Source: Chitinophagales bacterium
GTDB lineage: Bacteria; Bacteroidota; Bacteroidia; Chitinophagales; JADIYW01
Reading direction: 5' to 3'
Length of the DNA: 64,000 bases
Assembly (NCBI GenBank): GCA_023957215.1
Contig: JAMLHH010000007.1
Span: 20,768 to 84,767 of the forward strand
The translations under genes were made by a program, and so were the position numbers. Under the pieces are notes generated by a model. It saw only the letters and a list, made by a program, of their open reading frames with translations, did not search any database and was not told where the DNA came from. This document shows positions 58,049-64,000 of this stretch, piece by piece. How positions within the stretch are numbered: the stretch's first letter is position 1; every line of letters starts with the position of its first letter.

Positions 58049-58786
58049 ATGAAAGGAGCATTGAGCATGGTTTTATCGTTGGCTTTGTTATTGGGAAGTT
58101 GTACGAGTACACAAATCCAACAAACATTGGGTACACTTTCAGGGATGAATAGTGGAATCGACGGTAATGAAGCTGCAAGCGGATTGAAAGAAGCTTTGAG
58201 TATGGGATTTTCTTCAGCAGTAAGTATCTTATCTAAGAAAGACGGTTTTTATGGTGATCCATTGGTGAAAATTCCTTGGCCGGAAGAAGCGGCATTTGTA
58301 ATGAATGCTATGGAAAAAATCGGCATGGGAAAACAAGTGGATAAAGTGACAGAATCTCTTAACAGAGCTGCCGAAAAAGCATCTGCCGAAGCATTAGACG
58401 TATTTGTACAGTCTGTCAAACAAATGACCTTCCAAGATGCAATGGGTATCTTATTGGGTGGTGACGGTGCTGCTACCGAATACCTTAAAAGATCTACCAC
58501 TACTGTATTAGCCGATAAATTCAGACCTATCATCGATCAATCTTTAGGGGCAGTTAACGCTACCAAATATTGGTCTGATGCAATCAATATCTATAATAAA
58601 ATTCCTTTGGTCAACAAAAAAGTAGAAACAGACCTGACTACTTTTGTTACGAGCAAAGCTTTGAGTGGTGTCTTCCAAAAAGTAGAAATCAAAGAAAACG
58701 AAATCAGAAATAATTTGGGTGCAAGAAGCTCAGGATTGTTACAAAAAGTTTTCGGTTATGCTGATGCGCAAAAGAAAACAAATTAG
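58049..58786 (+). CDS. DUF4197-like lipoprotein
   Basis: 245 aa with lipoprotein signal ...LALLLGSC. ...EAASGLKEALSMGFSSAVSILSKKDGFYGDPLVKIPWP... matches my memory of DUF4197. Confidence 0.55.
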   Translation: MKGALSMVLSLALLLGSCTSTQIQQTLGTLSGMNSGIDGNEAASGLKEALSMGFSSAVSILSKKDGFYGDPLVKIPWPEEAAFVMNAMEKIGMGKQVDKVTESLNRAAEKASAEALDVFVQSVKQMTFQDAMGILLGGDGAATEYLKRSTTTVLADKFRPIIDQSLGAVNATKYWSDAINIYNKIPLVNKKVETDLTTFVTSKALSGVFQKVEIKENEIRNNLGARSSGLLQKVFGYADAQKKTN

Positions 58787-58796
58787 CATATCCAAA

Positions 58797-58850
58797 CAAG
58801 CAAACAAAAAGAGGCTGTCCAAAATTGAACAGCCTCTTTTTGTTTGCTTG
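58797..58850. terminator. Bidirectional rho-independent terminator (perfect 21-bp stem)
   Basis: caagcaaacaaaaagaggctg (58797-58817) and cagcctctttttgtttgcttg (58830-58850) are exact reverse complements around a 12-nt loop. It lies between convergent genes. Confidence 0.85.
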
Positions 58851-58877
58851 ACTTCCAATCATTCGGGGAATAGCAAT

Positions 58878-60251
58878 CTATTTCACTTTATACTTTAAAT
58901 TGATGAAAAAAGTTTCAAAATACTTGAAACACCAGTTGGAAAATATCCACAACAAAGGTAAATAAATGGCAGTCAAGACTATTTCTGATGTGATTTGACT
59001 ACCGACCAAACCGATATAATCTCCTAAGAAATAAGTGAAAATTTTATTGCTCCATTTCCCGACTTTCAGCATAACCGGAATAGTAAACATAATGATAAGC
59101 ATCAAAAACGGATAGTGAAACAAATAGACTCCGTAAGTAATTTTTCCGGTATAAATCATGCCTTTGTTATTCATCAGATTCATAAAAGGCTTGTTTCTCA
59201 AACAAGATAAAACGATAAGAAAGGATAAAAAATTGACAATGGTATATATGTAAACAAAGTGGTAGTTTTCGACAAGAATCAAATGTTCTGAAACCGTGGT
59301 GTGAAATTTTGCAAACCACATTGGAAAGATGGCCAATGTCTTTTTTAAGATGGGGTTCATCTCCGCCATTTCCAACATTTGGGCAGTTTCTATCTTTGAG
59401 GCAATGACGATTCCATCCAAAGTAACTATTGCGATAAATCCCAACAACGACCACCAAAACCACTTCTTGGCACTCTTTATCCAACTGAAATCCCATAAAG
59501 CAAGCGCCATTCCGAAAGCAAAACAATCCATCTGACACCAAGTTGCTCTCAACATGACTACCGAGATCCAACTTTGTTTATAAAAATCATTGTTTTCAAA
59601 ATAAGCCGAATGAGCAGGATCATAAGCCAGATGATGTAATACCCAATAAGTACCTAATCTCAATAAAGGTGAAATGACAATGATACCAATGACAAGACGT
59701 TTCAGATTCTTTCTACTCAAAAGAAAAACCATCAAAGGGAGTAAAAGGTAAAACTGCTCCTCCACTGATAATGACCAAATATGAGATAAAAATGGATTCA
59801 AATCAGGTTTGATTCCTTGAAAAAAATGAATTAAATCTTTATAATTATACAGATATGTCCAAAATAAAAACCAATTGTCTTTATATTCCGTCAAGAACTC
59901 TTTTATCAGGGGAATGCTTGTCGTTCCGAAGGAGATTACAATAAGAGATAACAAGGCTAAAAATGCCCAATAAAGTGGAAAAATCCTGTAAAATCTTTTT
60001 AAATAATAGTCTCTAAACTCTTTGCCTAAAGAAAGTCCTCTTTTTTTGTCTTTTAATAAAATAAAGGTCAAAAGAAAGCCTGATATCACAAAGAAAGATT
60101 GCAAGACCCACCAGCCGTAACCAAAAGGAGTCCTAAAAAAGATAAATGGTACGTGGTGCATGACCACCACAAGTGTTCCAAAAGTTCTATAACCATCTAA
60201 AGAGTCAAAATATTTCCTTTGGGTAGCTTGAGCTTCTATTGTTTGTGCCAT
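58878..60251 (-). CDS. Acyltransferase family 3 (OafA-like) membrane protein
   Basis: 457 aa with about 10 or more TM segments. ...YFDSLDGYRTFGTLVVVMHH... and ...HIWSLSVEEQFYLLLP... are Acyl_transf_3 signatures. Confidence 0.8.
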   Translation of the reverse strand: MAQTIEAQATQRKYFDSLDGYRTFGTLVVVMHHVPFIFFRTPFGYGWWVLQSFFVISGFLLTFILLKDKKRGLSLGKEFRDYYLKRFYRIFPLYWAFLALLSLIVISFGTTSIPLIKEFLTEYKDNWFLFWTYLYNYKDLIHFFQGIKPDLNPFLSHIWSLSVEEQFYLLLPLMVFLLSRKNLKRLVIGIIVISPLLRLGTYWVLHHLAYDPAHSAYFENNDFYKQSWISVVMLRATWCQMDCFAFGMALALWDFSWIKSAKKWFWWSLLGFIAIVTLDGIVIASKIETAQMLEMAEMNPILKKTLAIFPMWFAKFHTTVSEHLILVENYHFVYIYTIVNFLSFLIVLSCLRNKPFMNLMNNKGMIYTGKITYGVYLFHYPFLMLIIMFTIPVMLKVGKWSNKIFTYFLGDYIGLVGSQITSEIVLTAIYLPLLWIFSNWCFKYFETFFINLKYKVK

Positions 60252-60435
60252 TTTTCTAAATTAGATTCCAAATCTAAGTAAATGAATTTAAAACTTTCAA
60301 AATTCATTTTATTTCTAAAAACGTTATTCAAACTTGCATGTTAATAAATTGCTACTATCCATCATTTTTACGTAAATTCATAAAAAGTTTTGACGGGTTT
60401 GTATAACTTCAATGCAAGCATTCAAATTTTAAAAT

Positions 60436-61941
60436 ATGCAAGTGATAAAAAAGAAAGTTGTTATAGTTGGTGTCGGATTTGCCGGGATAGGCATGGGGAT
60501 TCATTTAAAAAAGAACGGGATAGATGATTTTGTGATGGTAGAAGCCGAGGACGGACCGGGAGGTACTTGGCGTGTCAATACTTATCCGGGTGCTGCTTGT
60601 GATGTGCAATCTCATTTATATTCATTCTCCTTTGAACCTTATCCTAATTGGTCGAGGATGTTTGGTCTGCAAGAAGAGATTTTGCAATATCAAGAAGACT
60701 GCTGTGAAAAGTACGGTTTGTATCCACATTGTACATTTGACACAAGAGTGACTCATGCGCTTTATAATGATGATAAAGGAACTTGGACTGTGCAAACTGA
60801 TACAGGAAAGATTTATGAGGCGCAGTTTTTAGTTTCGGGGACAGGTGGTTTGAGCAAACCTGCATTCCCTGCTATTAAAGGTCGTGAAAAGTTTAAAGGT
60901 GACAGTTTTCACTCCGCACAATGGAATCATACTGTCAGCCTGAAAGGAAAAAGAGTCGCTATCATCGGTTCTGGTGCGAGTGCAATACAGATAGTGCCTT
61001 CCATAGTGGATGAAGTTGCCCACTTGGATTATTACCAGCGCACCCCTTCATGGGTATTGCCCAAGCCGGACAGAGCGATTGCCAATATAGAGAAATCTGT
61101 CTTTAAAGCTTTGCCTGCAACCCAACAAATGATGAGAGGCGGTATTTATGCTTTGATGGAATCAAGAGGATTGGGATTTGTCGTTTCACCAAAAATAATG
61201 TCAGTCGCCAAAATGGTGGGTATTATGCATATCAATCGCTATATTAAAAATCCAAGTTTGAGGGGAAAAGTGACACCGGACTATGAAATGGGTTGCAAGC
61301 GTATTTTAATGTCAAATGATTATTATCAGGCTGTGGCAAAAGAAAATGTCGAAGTGATCACAGATCCGATAGATTCCATTGATGAAAATGGGATTACGAC
61401 TGTTGACGGTTTGCAAAGAAATGTGGATGTCATTGTCTATTGTACCGGGTTTCATGCTTCTGAGGATGTGCTACAATACGATTTGAAAGGTAAAAATGGA
61501 TTAGATTTGAATGATTTGTGGGTCGAAAATGACCCCGAAGCTTATTTGGGAACTACGGTCAGTGGGTTTCCTAATTTATTTATCATGGTCGGACCTAACA
61601 CTGGTCTGGGACACAATTCGATGATTTATATGATAGAATCCCAAATCAATTATATCATAAAGGCGATTCACTACATGGACAGAAAAAGTGTGCAGACGAT
61701 TGATGTCAAGCCGGCTGTTCAGGAAAAATACAATAAAGAGATACAAGCCCGTTTGGATAAGACAATTTGGTCTTCCGGTTGTCAAAGTTGGTATCTCAAT
61801 AAAAACGGGAAAAATACTACACTTTGGCCGGGATTTACCTTTGAATATAGGGTGAGAACACGCTTGTTTGATCCAAATAAATACGAAAAACACAAAATCA
61901 AAGAGTTTGAAGCCGAAGGCAAAAAGTTAGCTTTTGCATAG
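60436..61941 (+). CDS. Flavin-dependent Baeyer-Villiger-type monooxygenase
   Basis: 501 aa. GVGFAGIG is the FAD GxGxxG motif, FKGDSFHSAQWN matches the BVMO fingerprint FxGxxxHxxxW, and GSGASAIQ is the second Rossmann motif. Confidence 0.82.
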   Translation: MQVIKKKVVIVGVGFAGIGMGIHLKKNGIDDFVMVEAEDGPGGTWRVNTYPGAACDVQSHLYSFSFEPYPNWSRMFGLQEEILQYQEDCCEKYGLYPHCTFDTRVTHALYNDDKGTWTVQTDTGKIYEAQFLVSGTGGLSKPAFPAIKGREKFKGDSFHSAQWNHTVSLKGKRVAIIGSGASAIQIVPSIVDEVAHLDYYQRTPSWVLPKPDRAIANIEKSVFKALPATQQMMRGGIYALMESRGLGFVVSPKIMSVAKMVGIMHINRYIKNPSLRGKVTPDYEMGCKRILMSNDYYQAVAKENVEVITDPIDSIDENGITTVDGLQRNVDVIVYCTGFHASEDVLQYDLKGKNGLDLNDLWVENDPEAYLGTTVSGFPNLFIMVGPNTGLGHNSMIYMIESQINYIIKAIHYMDRKSVQTIDVKPAVQEKYNKEIQARLDKTIWSSGCQSWYLNKNGKNTTLWPGFTFEYRVRTRLFDPNKYEKHKIKEFEAEGKKLAFA

Positions 61942-62030
61942 ATTTTTCTATCTTTTTTTATTGTTAAACATTTTATATTAAAAAGGATGTTTTTGTATCT
62001 TTATAGTCTTTAGGAATAAAAAACTATAAA

Positions 62031-63698
62031 ATGGAAACTATTACCCAGACTCATACGGTGTTTAACCAGTTTGAAGAATTACAAGACTATAACTTATACG
62101 ACACGGATCAAGTGATGAAAGACTATTTTAAAAAAAATGGTTTGAAAGAATTTGATCAAGAACTTAAAAAATGGGGCGAAATATTAGGCACTGCCGAAGT
62201 GTATAAAGACGGTGCTTTGGCAAATACTTACACGCCGGTTTTACAAGCTTTTGATACAAGAGGTCATCGGATAGACTCTGTAGATTTCCATCCGTCATGG
62301 CATAGATTTATGCGTTACTGTAAAGAATCCGGTTTGATAGGTTTGCCTTTTGGAGGAGAACAAAAAGGGCGATGGTCATATATTGCAGCCTATTTTATAC
62401 TTCAAACACAAGTAGAAGCCGGCGCACTTTGTCCGGCTACAATGACCTTATCTTGTATGCCCTTGATAAAAGACGAGCCGCAGCTTTGGGCAGAGTTGGG
62501 AGAAAAGCTGAATAGCTTTGAGTACGATGCAAGAGATTTGCCTATTTCTGAAAAGAAATCCATCTGGGTGGGAATGGGCGTTACTGAAAAACAAGGCGGT
62601 ACTGATGTCCGTCAAAACGCTACTGTTGCCACTCCTGTCAATGTTTCAGGTAGAGGAAAAGAATATAGTATCACCGGTCATAAATGGTTTTTTTCCGCAC
62701 CCATGTGTGATGCCCATCTCGTAGTAGCCCGCACTTCTGATACGGATGAAATTTGTAGTTTTTACGTTCCAAGGTGGAAACCCGATGGAACTAAAAATCC
62801 TTTGCATATTCAGAGATTGAAAGATAAGTTGGGAAATCGTTCTAATTCAAGTAGCGAAATCGAATTTAACAATGCTTACGGCATTCTGATAGGTGAGGAA
62901 GGAAAAGGTATCCGTACCATCATGGAAATGGCAAATAATACGAGATTTTGCTGTGTGATAGGTAGTACCGGAATGATGAGGCAAGCATTGGTACAGGCTA
63001 TCGCTTATACTCGTCAACGTAAAGTTTTCGGTAAAGAACTCTATAACCAACCATTGATGAGAAATCTTTTGGTCGATATGGCTTTGGAAGTGGAAGCGGC
63101 ACAAGCGTTGAGCTTTCAATTAGCAGAAGCTTTTGAAAAAGGCGATGGTCATCCGAAATCTCTGGCATGGAAACGTTGGGTGACACCTGCTGCAAAATAT
63201 TGGGTGTGTAAACGTACTGAAGCTGTGACTGCGGAAGCAATGGAATGTTTTGGTGGAAATGGGTATATTGAAGACAGTGTAATGACTCGTCTGTATAAAG
63301 AAGCTCCTGTTAATTCTATTTGGGAAGGATCGGGGAATGTGATGTGCTTGGATGTTTTGAGAGTCATTAAAAAATCTCCCGAATTGGTACAGTCTGTTGT
63401 CAGCGATTTGAGAGAAATGGCGAGTGATTCAAAAATTCTCTTGAATGAAATTGCAGATTTAGAAAAGTTTATTCAGTCTGATTCAGATACACGGGAAATC
63501 TATGGAAGAGTGATAACCGAAAAATTGATACTCATTATTCAAGCCTGTTTGTTGAAAGAAAGAGCGCCGGAATTTGTAAGCGATGCATTTTTCCAATTGC
63601 GCATCAAGTCAGGTGTGACAGCACACTTTGGCACTTTCCAAGATGATGGCAATGTGGATTATGACGCTATTTTAGAAAGGGCTTTTCCTTCTAAATAA
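62031..63698 (+). CDS. AidB-like acyl-CoA dehydrogenase family protein
   Basis: 555 aa. It has an N-terminal extension before the ACAD fold, then ...GMGVTEKQGGTDV...ITGHKWFFSAP... and ...ECFGGNGYIEDSVMTRLYKEAPVNSIWEGSGNVMCLD..., as in AidB. Confidence 0.82.
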   Translation: METITQTHTVFNQFEELQDYNLYDTDQVMKDYFKKNGLKEFDQELKKWGEILGTAEVYKDGALANTYTPVLQAFDTRGHRIDSVDFHPSWHRFMRYCKESGLIGLPFGGEQKGRWSYIAAYFILQTQVEAGALCPATMTLSCMPLIKDEPQLWAELGEKLNSFEYDARDLPISEKKSIWVGMGVTEKQGGTDVRQNATVATPVNVSGRGKEYSITGHKWFFSAPMCDAHLVVARTSDTDEICSFYVPRWKPDGTKNPLHIQRLKDKLGNRSNSSSEIEFNNAYGILIGEEGKGIRTIMEMANNTRFCCVIGSTGMMRQALVQAIAYTRQRKVFGKELYNQPLMRNLLVDMALEVEAAQALSFQLAEAFEKGDGHPKSLAWKRWVTPAAKYWVCKRTEAVTAEAMECFGGNGYIEDSVMTRLYKEAPVNSIWEGSGNVMCLDVLRVIKKSPELVQSVVSDLREMASDSKILLNEIADLEKFIQSDSDTREIYGRVITEKLILIIQACLLKERAPEFVSDAFFQLRIKSGVTAHFGTFQDDGNVDYDAILERAFPSK

Positions 63699-64000
63699 TT
63701 GTAAAAACAAATAGATGAAATAATTTAACAGTGCTTAATTTTCTATGTGAGGATGAGTTTTATAAGAGGGAATAAAATGAACAGAGGATAGAAAACGCTA
63801 TCTAACTTTGTGTTTTAACGAGTTTGGTGGATGAGATAATCATATACTGAATAGTAAAACAACCTCATTAAAATAAGAAAATTAACCAATTTTCCACAAT
63901 GAAAATCATTGTGAATAAGTTTTCGGGTCGTTAAAAAACAAGAATGTTTATTTTTAATCTTAATTTAGTAGTCCTTGAACAGACCACTATGTAGATTTGT

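Overview
AT-rich bacterial chromosomal segment, almost certainly Bacteroidota. Support: a T9SS C-terminal sorting domain, CarboxypepD_reg-type TonB-dependent receptors with DUF4249 or lipoprotein partners, DUF5683-dapB-lepB synteny, and a TTTG-N19-TAnnTTTG promoter in front of rplS. Most of the window is ordinary housekeeping: recA, a RidA-family gene, yggS, tsaC, dapB, lepB, rpsP-rimM-trmD-rplS, parC, xseAB, lpdA and cinA. It also holds envelope and polysaccharide genes, two TonB-receptor clusters, a TetR-MFP-RND efflux operon and several acyl-CoA or lipid-oxidation genes (family III CoA-transferase, ACAD-SCP2, OYE reductase, BVMO, AidB-like ACAD). I found no rRNA, tRNA or CRISPR array, and no convincing multi-gene novel system such as a defence island. 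Four things deserve a second look. (1) A single 602-aa ORF fuses a complete acetate kinase to a complete PduL-type phosphotransacylase. (2) Four independent gene disruptions lie between 28 and 45.5 kb: an IS630 remnant, an ACAD cut by a 66-nt insertion flanked by perfect 31-nt direct repeats, a carbamoyltransferase with three indels in about 80 nt, and an RND pump with two +1 insertions 52 nt apart. (3) A family of strictly 8-nt-periodic tandem arrays and mosaic intergenic repeats, two of which bracket the ackA-pduL gene. (4) An unlisted 49-aa DUF5989-type micro-ORF followed by an ORF-less tail that ends in a minus-strand terminator. All family assignments come from reading the translations by eye; no searches were run.
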